64,000 bases of DNA from Chthoniobacterales bacterium. GTDB taxonomy: Bacteria > Verrucomicrobiota > Verrucomicrobiia > Chthoniobacterales > JACTMZ01. The stretch lies in the NCBI GenBank assembly GCA_014879535.1, contig JACSRX010000052.1:58334-122333 (forward strand), written 5' to 3'. Both the position numbers and the translations under genes were made by a program. The stretch's first letter is position 1, and each line of letters begins with the position of its first letter. Shown here in pieces: positions 28,007-38,153 of this stretch. A model generated the notes under the pieces. It saw nothing but the letters and a program-made list of their open reading frames with translations. It had not been told where the DNA came from and did no database searches.

Positions 28007-28711
28007 ATGACCACTTCCCAGACCACCCCCGATCCCCGCGCTCTTTGGGCCTACGCGCTGCCCTTCGGCGTTTTCATGGGCGGCCTCGCACTCGTTTCGC
28101 TGGTGCAATCCTTTGCGCCCGGGGAAGGCGGGCCCCTCTGGCTGGCGGACCCGAAGTATTGGGTCTATCCGCTGCAGGCCGTCGTTTGCGGCGCCCTGCT
28201 CGTGCATTTTTGGAAGCGATACACATGGGGCGCGCATTGGCATGTCGTCGCGGGACTGCTGGCCGGCCTGCTCGTGCTGGCGATCTGGATCTCGCCGCAA
28301 TGGCTCTTCGGAGTCGCCCCGCGCACGGAAGGCTTCAATCCGGACACCTTCAACGAATCCCCCGCGCTGTGGTGGTCGTCGGTGTCCCTGCGCTTCCTGC
28401 GCCTGGTGATCATCGTTCCGTTGCTCGAGGAAATCTTCTGGCGGGGATTCCTGTTGCGCTACCTGATCAAGGAGGACTTCACCAGCGTGCCGTTCGGCAC
28501 GTTCTCATGGTTCTCCTTCGGCGTGGTGACCGTGATGTTCGGGCTGGCCCACTGGGGCGCGGATTTCGTTCCGGCTCTCATCACCGGGGCGACTTACAAT
28601 TTCCTCGCGGTCAAGACCCGCAGCCTCGCAAGCTGCGTGATCGCCCACGCGGTGACCAACCTCGGCCTCGGCATCTACATCATGCAGACGCGCCAATGGG
28701 GATTCTGGTGA
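28007..28711 (+). CDS. CPBP-family intramembrane glutamic endopeptidase (CAAX protease-like)
   Basis: The motifs EEIFWRGF, FGLAHW and HAVTN are present in a polytopic membrane protein. Confidence 0.8.
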   Translation: MTTSQTTPDPRALWAYALPFGVFMGGLALVSLVQSFAPGEGGPLWLADPKYWVYPLQAVVCGALLVHFWKRYTWGAHWHVVAGLLAGLLVLAIWISPQWLFGVAPRTEGFNPDTFNESPALWWSSVSLRFLRLVIIVPLLEEIFWRGFLLRYLIKEDFTSVPFGTFSWFSFGVVTVMFGLAHWGADFVPALITGATYNFLAVKTRSLASCVIAHAVTNLGLGIYIMQTRQWGFW

Positions 28712-28796
28712 TCGGCGGAGGAGGTTGGCAGAGTCCTGATTTTCAGTCCAGACTGCCGTCTCTTTCTCAACCCTCATCCCTCAACTCTCAACTTCC

Positions 28797-30428
<1,632 letters not shown>

Positions 30429-30431
30429 CCC

Positions 30432-31055
30432 ATGATCTGCGTGCTGTATCTCCTGTTCACCGCGCTCGGGGCGTTTGTCCTGGGATCCTTCCCGACCGGG
30501 TATGTCGTCGGGCGGAGCAAGGGCGTCGATATCCGGGACCATGGCAGCGGAAACATCGGCGCCACCAATGTCTTCCGCACACTCGGCAGGCCTTTCGGCA
30601 TCCTTGTTTTCGCCATCGATGCCCTGAAGGGCTTCGCCGCCGTGCGCATCGCCCTCGTCGCGGGACCCCCGGAGATCTCCACATGGCTCGGCATCGTGGC
30701 CGCGGTGGCGGTCATTGCCGGCCACAACTACACGCCGTGGCTCGGCTTCCGCGGCGGCAAGGGAATCGCCACGTCCGCCGGTGTTCTGGTCGCCCTGATG
30801 CCGCTCGCTGTGCTTTCAGTGGCCGTGGTCTGGTTCGCGGTGTTTGCCTTCTCCCGCTACGTCTCCCTCGCGTCCATCGCAGCCGCCGCCGCATTGCCCG
30901 TCGCCGTGGGGATCTTTTGGCTGACCAACCTCGGCGGCAACGCACCACTGCTCGGCTTCTCGGTTCTGATTTCCGGGCTCGCCATCTGGCGCCACCGCTC
31001 CAACATCGAGCGCCTGCGTCACGGCACCGAATCCCGCTTTTCCAAAACATCATGA
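30432..31055 (+). CDS. plsY: Glycerol-3-phosphate acyltransferase (acyl-phosphate dependent)
   Basis: GSFPTGY…HGSGNIGATNVFR…AGHNYTPWLGFRGGKGIAT are present. Confidence 0.92.
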   Translation: MICVLYLLFTALGAFVLGSFPTGYVVGRSKGVDIRDHGSGNIGATNVFRTLGRPFGILVFAIDALKGFAAVRIALVAGPPEISTWLGIVAAVAVIAGHNYTPWLGFRGGKGIATSAGVLVALMPLAVLSVAVVWFAVFAFSRYVSLASIAAAAALPVAVGIFWLTNLGGNAPLLGFSVLISGLAIWRHRSNIERLRHGTESRFSKTS

Positions 31056-32065
31056 AACCCCCTGCGAGCATTTCCGTCATCGGCGCCGGCGGCTGGGGCA
31101 GCGCACTCGCACAGTTGCTTTCCGGACACGGACTTCCCCTGGCCCTCTGGGCGCATGATCCCGCTCAAGCCGAGGAGATCAACACGCTCCATACGAACGC
31201 CAACTTCCTCCCCGGAGTGACCCTCGCGGAAAACATCCGGGCCACCCCTGATCTCACCGGGGCGGCACAAGGCGACCTCCTCGTCATCGTCACACCGTCG
31301 CAGTTCCTCCGCGGCGTCGCGGGGCAGCTCAGCCGTTCCGGCGTGCAGGAGGGTGTTCCCCTTGTCTGCTGCACCAAGGGGCTGGAGCACCACACCGGGA
31401 AACTCATGACCCAGATCTTGGAGGAGTTCTTCCCGCACAACCCGGTCGCCGCATTGTCCGGTCCGAACCATGCCGAGGAGGTCTCTCGGGGGACCCCGGC
31501 CGCGGCGGTGGTTGCCGCGGGCGACCACGACCTTGCCGTGCAGTTGCAGCAATTCTTCTGCACCGGATCATTCCGCGCCTACACGAGCGACGACGTGGCA
31601 GGCGTCGAACTCGGTGGCGCGTTGAAGAACATCTATGCCATCGCCGCCGGCATCTCCGACGGCCTCGGGCTCGGCGACAATGCCAAGGCGGCGCTGGTGA
31701 CACGGTCCCTCGCCGAACTCGTGCGTCTGGGAACGAAATGGGGCGGAAAAAGGGAAACCTTCTTCGGACTGAGCGGCCTCGGCGATCTCATGGTGACCTG
31801 TTTCAGCGTCCTCAGCCGAAACCGGGGCGTGGGCGAACGCCTGGGACGCGGGGAGAAACTGGACGATATCCGCAACTCGATGGTGATGATCGCCGAAGGT
31901 GTTCCCACCACGCGCAGTGCGCGGGAGGAGGCGCTCAAGCACGGACTCGACGCCCCGCTGCTCGAAACCGTCCATGCAGTGCTCTTTGAAAATCTCGCCC
32001 CGCGGGACGGGCTGCTGCGCCTGCTGGCCCGCGAACCCAAACCCGAACTGGATCGCCACCCGTGA
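31052..32065 (+). CDS. gpsA: NAD(P)H-dependent glycerol-3-phosphate dehydrogenase
   Basis: An ATGA overlap links it to plsY. VIGAGGWGSALA is a Rossmann motif and …GALKNIYAIAAGISDGL… is present. The upstream 123 codons of the track ORF are antisense-type junk. Confidence 0.92.
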   Translation: MKPPASISVIGAGGWGSALAQLLSGHGLPLALWAHDPAQAEEINTLHTNANFLPGVTLAENIRATPDLTGAAQGDLLVIVTPSQFLRGVAGQLSRSGVQEGVPLVCCTKGLEHHTGKLMTQILEEFFPHNPVAALSGPNHAEEVSRGTPAAAVVAAGDHDLAVQLQQFFCTGSFRAYTSDDVAGVELGGALKNIYAIAAGISDGLGLGDNAKAALVTRSLAELVRLGTKWGGKRETFFGLSGLGDLMVTCFSVLSRNRGVGERLGRGEKLDDIRNSMVMIAEGVPTTRSAREEALKHGLDAPLLETVHAVLFENLAPRDGLLRLLAREPKPELDRHP

Positions 32066-32763
32066 TCGGCAAGCACTTCAACGACGCACGGCACAAATGG
32101 CGCTGGTATGCGGATTCGGATCGCGGATTGGCCGCGCTCCTCATCTTCCTCGTCCTCTATATTTTCGTCATCTACCCGGTGTTCGGAGGAGAGAATGCCG
32201 CCGGCGGACCTGTCAGCATCGTTTTCTCGCTCATCCTGGTGGCGGGTGTCGTGGCAACCTCGGCCCACCATGCCGTCCGCACGGGCGTCGTCGTGCTGGC
32301 CATCACCGGCATCGCCTCGCATTGGCTGAACGTGTTCTTGAGCGGCCGCGTGGACCATATGGTCTCGGCGGGTGCCGCCGTGCTCTTTTTCGCGCTGCTC
32401 ACCTGGTTTCTGTCGGTGCGTGTCTTCGCCTCCCCGGGGCCGGCGAACATTTACCACATCATGGGAGCGGTCGCGATCTACCTGGTGCTCGGTCTCATGT
32501 GGTCGGACGCCTACCTCTTCATCTATCTGGCAACACCTTCCGCTTTCCGATTCGATCCGGGAGCACCGGTTTTCGAACCTCCCGCCTCTGAAATGCTCTA
32601 CTTCAGCTACGTCACGCTCACGACGCTCGGCTTCGGGGACATCACGGCGGTCCGTCCCGTCGCCCGCTCCCTGGTCATCATGGAAGGTCTCGTCGGGCAA
32701 CTTTACCCGGCCATCGTGCTGGCCCGGTTGGTTACAAAATATCAGGGGCGGGCCGCCAAGTAG
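32062..32763 (+). CDS. Two-pore-helix potassium-channel-family protein
   Basis: The GTG start overlaps the gpsA stop (GTGA). The selectivity-filter-like sequence YVTLTTLGFGDI is flanked by TM helices. Confidence 0.75.
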   Translation: MIGKHFNDARHKWRWYADSDRGLAALLIFLVLYIFVIYPVFGGENAAGGPVSIVFSLILVAGVVATSAHHAVRTGVVVLAITGIASHWLNVFLSGRVDHMVSAGAAVLFFALLTWFLSVRVFASPGPANIYHIMGAVAIYLVLGLMWSDAYLFIYLATPSAFRFDPGAPVFEPPASEMLYFSYVTLTTLGFGDITAVRPVARSLVIMEGLVGQLYPAIVLARLVTKYQGRAAK

Positions 32764-32814
32764 TCTGCCATATTCGCGGTTGCACCCGTGGGTCCGCGGA
32801 CTTAGCGTCGCTGC

Positions 32815-33048
32815 ATGAGTCCCATTCTCGCTCTAAGCACTCCGGGTTGGCCGGAGATTTTGGTCATCCTCCTGATCATCCTGGTGCTGTTCGGTGCCAA
32901 GCGTCTTCCGGAACTGGCCCGCGGCCTCGGCCAAAGCCTCAATGAGTTCAAGAAGGCCCGCGAAGAACTCGACCGCGAGGTGAAGAAAACCACGGAGATC
33001 GTCAAGACGACCGAGGCTCCCGGCAAGGAGCCGCACAACCCTGCCTGA
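32815..33048 (+). CDS. tatA: Twin-arginine translocase subunit TatA/E
   Basis: 77 aa. There is a TM helix, then [23 protein letters not shown] as the amphipathic helix. Confidence 0.9.
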   Translation: MSPILALSTPGWPEILVILLIILVLFGAKRLPELARGLGQSLNEFKKAREELDREVKKTTEIVKTTEAPGKEPHNPA

Positions 33049-33054
33049 CCGGCG

Positions 33055-33966
33055 GTGAACCTGCGGCGCGCCATCCTAGCGGCCGCACTGGCCTTCGCGC
33101 TGCCCGCGATGGCTTCGGACGGCAACGGCAGGGTTGTCTTCACCTCGTGGAACCTCCGCAACTACCGCCTGCAACCCTTGGTTGCCGAGGGGGGGCAACC
33201 CGCCATTCCCGCCAAACCCGCCTCCTCGATCGAGGCCGTGGTGCAGACCTTGGTTTCGATTTCCCCGGACATTCTCGGGCTCTGCGAGGTCGGCTCGCCA
33301 CGCGACCTCAAGCACCTGCAGCGAAGTCTCCAACGTGCCGGACTCTCCCTCCCCCACAGCACCCTGGTCGAAGGCGAAGACCAGCACCGCCGGATCGCGC
33401 TGCTGAGCCGCTTCCCCCTCCGCCAGATCAGCCATGAAACCCTCGGGACCTTCAGGACGGGGGATGTGCCGCACCGTGTCCAACGCGGCTTCCTGGATTG
33501 CGTGGCGGATGTTCGTCCGCACTTCCAACTCCGCATCCTCGGTGCCCACCTCAAATCCCGTCGCATCGTCCCCGACTTCGACCAGGCGGAAGTCCGGCGC
33601 GCGGAATCCCACCTGCTGCGGAAGCGGATGGAGAAAATCCTCGGTGAATACGCCGACTCCCCGCTCCTTGCCTTCGGGGATTTCAACGACACCAAGAACT
33701 CCCCGGTCATCCGCGGACTGCTCGGACGCCGCGGCACACGCGACGCCATGAACCTTGTCCCCTTGTCCGACAAACTCGGCGACCAATGGACCTACCATTG
33801 GGCGGAGGCGGACGAATACAGCCGCATCGACTTTGTCATGGTGAGCAACAGCCTGCGCCCGCACATCGACACCCGAGCATCGCGGGTGCACCGGTCCCCC
33901 GACTGGCGCATCGCGAGCGATCACCGCCCGCTTGTTGTCACGTTGAATATCCCCCCGAACCCATGA
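33055..33966 (+). CDS. Secreted endonuclease/exonuclease/phosphatase (EEP) family protein
   Basis: A signal peptide is present. The motifs are SWNLRNY, GLCEV, GDFND, IDFVMVS and SDHRPLVV. Confidence 0.8.
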   Translation: MNLRRAILAAALAFALPAMASDGNGRVVFTSWNLRNYRLQPLVAEGGQPAIPAKPASSIEAVVQTLVSISPDILGLCEVGSPRDLKHLQRSLQRAGLSLPHSTLVEGEDQHRRIALLSRFPLRQISHETLGTFRTGDVPHRVQRGFLDCVADVRPHFQLRILGAHLKSRRIVPDFDQAEVRRAESHLLRKRMEKILGEYADSPLLAFGDFNDTKNSPVIRGLLGRRGTRDAMNLVPLSDKLGDQWTYHWAEADEYSRIDFVMVSNSLRPHIDTRASRVHRSPDWRIASDHRPLVVTLNIPPNP

Positions 33967-35045
33967 AGCTCTTCCCTCTTTTCCTCTGCCTCCTCCTGCT
34001 CGCGCCCGCCCGAGCCGACACCTCCGCCGAGGACCGGGCATGGTCTGTGGTGCAGGCCCTGCAGAAAGGACCGGGCGTCCCGCCGGATGATGCGCCGGAG
34101 GAAGCCGTGCGGATCGCCCGCGCCCATCTCTTGGCGCAGGAAAAGGCCTTGTCGGATTTCCTGACCCGCTTCCCAGGCGACCCCCGGCGCTTCGAGGCGG
34201 AGTTGGAGTTTGCCGGAGTGACATCGGCCCTCGGCGCCTCGCTCTCCGACCGCAAGCGTGTCGAAAAATCCATCGAGCGCCTCGCCGCACTTGAGCGCGC
34301 CAAGTCCACACCCTCCAAATACCGCGCCGATGCCGCCTTCCTGCGCATCACCACCACCATGCAGACCGTGAACCTGGCTGCGGCGGCGCGGCCGGGAGAG
34401 ACAGCCGGCGCGCGCAACACCATCGTCGAAGCGGCCGCCAATTTCGCCTCGCGCTACCCGGATGACCTGCGGGCGGCGCGGTTGCTTGCGGAAGTGGCGA
34501 CCATCCTGGACGACCAGCCGTCGCGCAAACGGAAACTCCTCGAGCAGGCCTCCATCCTTGCGGGCGATGATGGCACCAAGCAGCGGATCAAGGATGATCT
34601 CCGGCGACTCGGTCTGCTCGGCCAAGTTTCGGATTTCTCGTTCGCCACCGTGCAGGGACCGGCGTTTTCACGCGCGGCGCAGCAGGGAAGAATCGTGGTG
34701 CTCGTGTTCTGGGCCGGATGGTCCCCTCCCTCCGTGGCGTGGCTGGCGGATTTTGCGGACTTCGCACGCGGCTTGCCCGCAGGTCGCGTTGCGCTCGCGA
34801 CAGTCAGCCTCGACAAGCTCAAGGCGAACTGCGACCAGACGCTGAAGGTCCTCGGCCTCGCCGATTGGCCGACCTCCTGCAGCGGCAAAGGCTGGGAGGA
34901 TCCCGTCGCGCGTGACTTCGGGATCAATGCGCTGCCCACCGTGTTCATCTTCGACGCCGCGGGGCGCCTCCGCGCTCTCAATGCGCGCGACACCTACCAA
35001 TCGGTGCTGCGGCAGCTTCTGGCCGAAAAGCCCCGGGCGAACTGA
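33963..35045 (+). CDS. Secreted TlpA/redoxin-like thioredoxin-fold protein lacking the CxxC cysteines
   Basis: An ATGA overlap links it to the EEP gene. The signal peptide is MKLFPLFLCLLLLAPARA. The C-terminal VVLVFWAGWSPPSVAWL aligns with the usual FWAxWCxPC redoxin motif, with both Cys replaced by Ser. Confidence 0.7.
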   Translation: MKLFPLFLCLLLLAPARADTSAEDRAWSVVQALQKGPGVPPDDAPEEAVRIARAHLLAQEKALSDFLTRFPGDPRRFEAELEFAGVTSALGASLSDRKRVEKSIERLAALERAKSTPSKYRADAAFLRITTTMQTVNLAAAARPGETAGARNTIVEAAANFASRYPDDLRAARLLAEVATILDDQPSRKRKLLEQASILAGDDGTKQRIKDDLRRLGLLGQVSDFSFATVQGPAFSRAAQQGRIVVLVFWAGWSPPSVAWLADFADFARGLPAGRVALATVSLDKLKANCDQTLKVLGLADWPTSCSGKGWEDPVARDFGINALPTVFIFDAAGRLRALNARDTYQSVLRQLLAEKPRAN

Positions 35046-35054
35046 ACCGGCGAC

Positions 35055-37454
35055 TCAGACGCTGAAGGCCCAGAATTTCCGCGCTGCATTCGGCCAGCTG
35101 CGATCCTCGACACGACAGCGCGACGCCTCCGCCATGCGACGGCGCAAACCCTCATCTTCGCAAAGCTTGCGCACCGCATCGCAAAGCGCGGCCTGATCCC
35201 CGCCGCGCGTCACGAATCCATCCACGCCGTCCTCGACCAACTCGCGCGGACCGCCCTGGTCGGACACCACACACGGCAGCCCGCAAGCCTGCGCTTCAAG
35301 GATGACGTTGCCGAAGGTATCCGTCGTGCTCGGGAACACAAACACATCCGCCGAGGCATACGCCGTGGCAAGTTCCTCTCCGCTGAGATAACCGGTGAAA
35401 ATCGCCTCATTGAACTGCGCCTTCCACTCGTCAGCATAAGGTCCGTGCCCGACCACCAGCGCGCGGACCGGCAGCCCGTCGGCGCGCAGCTTGCGGATCA
35501 CAGAGGCAAACAAATCGAGCTTCTTTTCCTTCGATACGCGCCCGGCATAGAGCAGGCCGATCTCGCCGTCCGCCAGCCCGCGCACCTTCCAGAATGACGG
35601 ATTGCGCCGCGCCGGGGTGAACAGCACGGTGTCCAATCCCCGCGGGAGGATGTGGATCCTGTCGCCCTTGATCCCGCGCGCCTCCAACGCACGCCGATAG
35701 TCCCCGGAGTTGACGAAAACGACATCCATCTGCTCGTAGAACCACTGCATGAAGTTCCACGTCAGCGTCTCCATCCACGAGTCGTCGGTGAGAATCCGGA
35801 CATATTGCGGGAAATCCGTGTGGTAGATCCCGCTGGTCTTCAGCCCGAGGATCTTCGCCGCCAGCAACGCACTCAGACCGATCGGACCCGGCGTGCTGAT
35901 GATGATCTCCGTGTAGCCGCTGCGCTGGATGTGGTCGATGATCTCGAGCACCGGCGGAAAACTCAGCTTCTGCAGCTCGTATTCCGGAAGCTCGAACTCG
36001 CCGACCGGCTGGAAATTCACGATGGGAATGTCGCTCGGGGCCACCTCCCCTCGCGAGGTCAGCACCGTCAAATCAAACCCCTCGGCCCGCGCGGCGGCCG
36101 TCATCCGCCGGATGGTCGTCGAAACACCATTGACGTCCTCCAGCGTGTCGGTGAACCACGCGCGCTTGCGGTTTTGCAGCTCGTCGGGCGCCTCCCCGCA
36201 GGTCGCCTCGCACAGGGCCTTGAGCTCGCTGCGCCCCGGCGTGCGGAACGCGTAGAAATACGGCGCAAGCCCGAACGCGAGCGGGACGAGCGAGCTGACA
36301 AACTGCAGGCTCTCGATGAGACGTCCGGCCTGAAGTTGGGTGATGAATTGCGAAAAGAAACGGAACGCAAGCTGGTTGACCAGCAGGTTGGCCGTGAGAA
36401 ATGCACGGCGCTCCGGTTCCGCCACCCCGGCCGTGGCGCTCTCGATGGCCGAGCGCATGCCCGGTTTGCCCACGGCGTCCGCCAATTCCTTCCAGAGCGA
36501 GGCATTGCCCGGCAGCGCCACCTCCCAGATCTTCCCCGTGGCGATGCCCTGAGCAAGGAAGCCGAGCTTTTCGGAAAGCGTGAACCGCGTCGGGTCCTTT
36601 CCCTCCATGAAACGCCCCGCCATTTTTTCAAGAAGCGACGCTGCGGCTTTCTGCGAGCCCTTCGTCAGCCGCTCCTGCGCGAACTCGAAGATCACGCTGT
36701 AAAGGCTGTGCGCCATCAGCAGCGGGCCGCCTCCCTGACCTCCGGGACGGCACCTCCCTTCGCGGATGCCGGCAAGGAAGTCCTCCGGCGTCCGCGCCTC
36801 ATCCGTCTCCGTCCACGCACGTCCGGGGAAAATGCCGCCACGGTCGTCCGATCCCCCCGTGAACACCTTCCGCCACGGCTCGTCCCACAGCGGATCGAGT
36901 TTCCGCTCGTCGGAAAAGCGCGCGATGATGTCGGGAGTCAGACGCGACAGGGCGAACTCCGCCGTCGTCCCGAACAACGGGTCACGCAGGCCGTTGATCG
37001 TCTCGAAGTGGCGGAAAAGCAGGACGAGCCTCTGCCAGTGGTCGAGTGAAAGCCGCTCGTCCACCGGCCACAGCGGATGCGCCACGGCATGCGCCACGCT
37101 CTGCTGCTTCAGCCACGCCGCAAGTTCGTAGATGTTGCGGCGCAGGGACTGGATCTCCGCGTGCTGGGTCTCGGTGATCCCCCACGCGAGAAGGTGGACC
37201 TTGACGTCATCCTCGGGAAAGAACGCCGTGACCTCCTCGCTGAGGAACACCCCCGGCTCCCCGGCGATCTCCAAGCACCCGTCGATCGTGTCATGGTCGG
37301 TGAAGGTGACGAACCCGAACCCCCGGTCCGTCAGGGACCGGTAAAGCACGCGCGGATCGGAACAGCTCGCCGGAAAGTCCACCTTGCGCATCAGCCAGTC
37401 CGTGGCCCGCGAGCTGTGCCGCGTGTGCAGGTGAAGGTCCGCGCGCGTGGTCAT
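35055..37454 (-). CDS. PHP-domain / glycosyltransferase family 4 fusion protein
   Basis: The N-terminus ADLHLHTRHS…VTFTDHDTIDG reads as PHP. The C-terminus reads as GT4 (FPSTTDTFGNVILEAQACGLPCVVSDQGGPRELV). The start is taken at MTTRADL. Confidence 0.85.
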   Translation of the reverse strand: MTTRADLHLHTRHSSRATDWLMRKVDFPASCSDPRVLYRSLTDRGFGFVTFTDHDTIDGCLEIAGEPGVFLSEEVTAFFPEDDVKVHLLAWGITETQHAEIQSLRRNIYELAAWLKQQSVAHAVAHPLWPVDERLSLDHWQRLVLLFRHFETINGLRDPLFGTTAEFALSRLTPDIIARFSDERKLDPLWDEPWRKVFTGGSDDRGGIFPGRAWTETDEARTPEDFLAGIREGRCRPGGQGGGPLLMAHSLYSVIFEFAQERLTKGSQKAAASLLEKMAGRFMEGKDPTRFTLSEKLGFLAQGIATGKIWEVALPGNASLWKELADAVGKPGMRSAIESATAGVAEPERRAFLTANLLVNQLAFRFFSQFITQLQAGRLIESLQFVSSLVPLAFGLAPYFYAFRTPGRSELKALCEATCGEAPDELQNRKRAWFTDTLEDVNGVSTTIRRMTAAARAEGFDLTVLTSRGEVAPSDIPIVNFQPVGEFELPEYELQKLSFPPVLEIIDHIQRSGYTEIIISTPGPIGLSALLAAKILGLKTSGIYHTDFPQYVRILTDDSWMETLTWNFMQWFYEQMDVVFVNSGDYRRALEARGIKGDRIHILPRGLDTVLFTPARRNPSFWKVRGLADGEIGLLYAGRVSKEKKLDLFASVIRKLRADGLPVRALVVGHGPYADEWKAQFNEAIFTGYLSGEELATAYASADVFVFPSTTDTFGNVILEAQACGLPCVVSDQGGPRELVEDGVDGFVTRGGDQAALCDAVRKLCEDEGLRRRMAEASRCRVEDRSWPNAARKFWAFSV

Positions 37455-37546
37455 GGGTGCCGAGTTTAGACGACCAGCACGTCCATTCCAGCAGGGATTC
37501 ATAATGTGCTCGCGCATCCCCGGATGCTGCCGTATGCGTTGCCATC

Positions 37547-38140
37547 ATGGCTTTTGCGACCCTCATCCTTCTCGCCATTGCGGCCCTCGTCGTGTTCTAC
37601 GTCATCGGCGCCTACAACGGCCTCGTGCAGCTGCGCAACCGCTTCATGAACGCCTTCGCGCAGATCGACGTCCAGCTCAAGCGCCGCTACGACCTGATCC
37701 CCAACCTTGTCGAAACCGCCAAGGGCTACCTGCAGCACGAGCGCTCCACGCTCGAGGCGGTGATCGCCGCCCGAAATTCCGCCTCCGCCGCCAGCGGCAA
37801 GGCCGCCGCCCATCCCGAGGACCCCGGCGCCATCAAGGGACTCGTCGGCGCGGAAACCGCGCTCACCGGGGCCATGGGCCGGTTCTTCGCCCTCGCCGAG
37901 GCCTACCCGGACCTCAAGGCGAACCAGAACATGATGCAGCTCACCGAGGAACTGACCTCGACGGAGAACAAAATCTCGTTCGCGCGGCAGGCCTACAACG
38001 ATGCGGTCACGGCCTACAACACGCGGCGCGAACAGTTCCCCACCGTGGTCATCGCCGGGATGTTCAACTTCGGACCGGCCGAGCTCTTCGTGGTCACCGA
38101 CGGCGCCGAGCGCGAACCGGTCAAGGTCAGCTTCACCTGA
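37547..38140 (+). CDS. LemA-family protein
   Basis: There is an N-terminal TM segment. YNGLVQLRNRFMNAFAQIDVQLKRRYDLIPNLVETAKGY is the LemA signature. Confidence 0.88.
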   Translation: MAFATLILLAIAALVVFYVIGAYNGLVQLRNRFMNAFAQIDVQLKRRYDLIPNLVETAKGYLQHERSTLEAVIAARNSASAASGKAAAHPEDPGAIKGLVGAETALTGAMGRFFALAEAYPDLKANQNMMQLTEELTSTENKISFARQAYNDAVTAYNTRREQFPTVVIAGMFNFGPAELFVVTDGAEREPVKVSFT

Positions 38141-38153
38141 CATCCCGCCGGAC

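Noticed and set aside
30683-32065. 460-aa plus-strand ORF as a single protein
   Set aside because: The first 123 codons overlap plsY out of frame and are R-rich junk. gpsA starts at the ATG at 31052, which forms an ATGA overlap with plsY.
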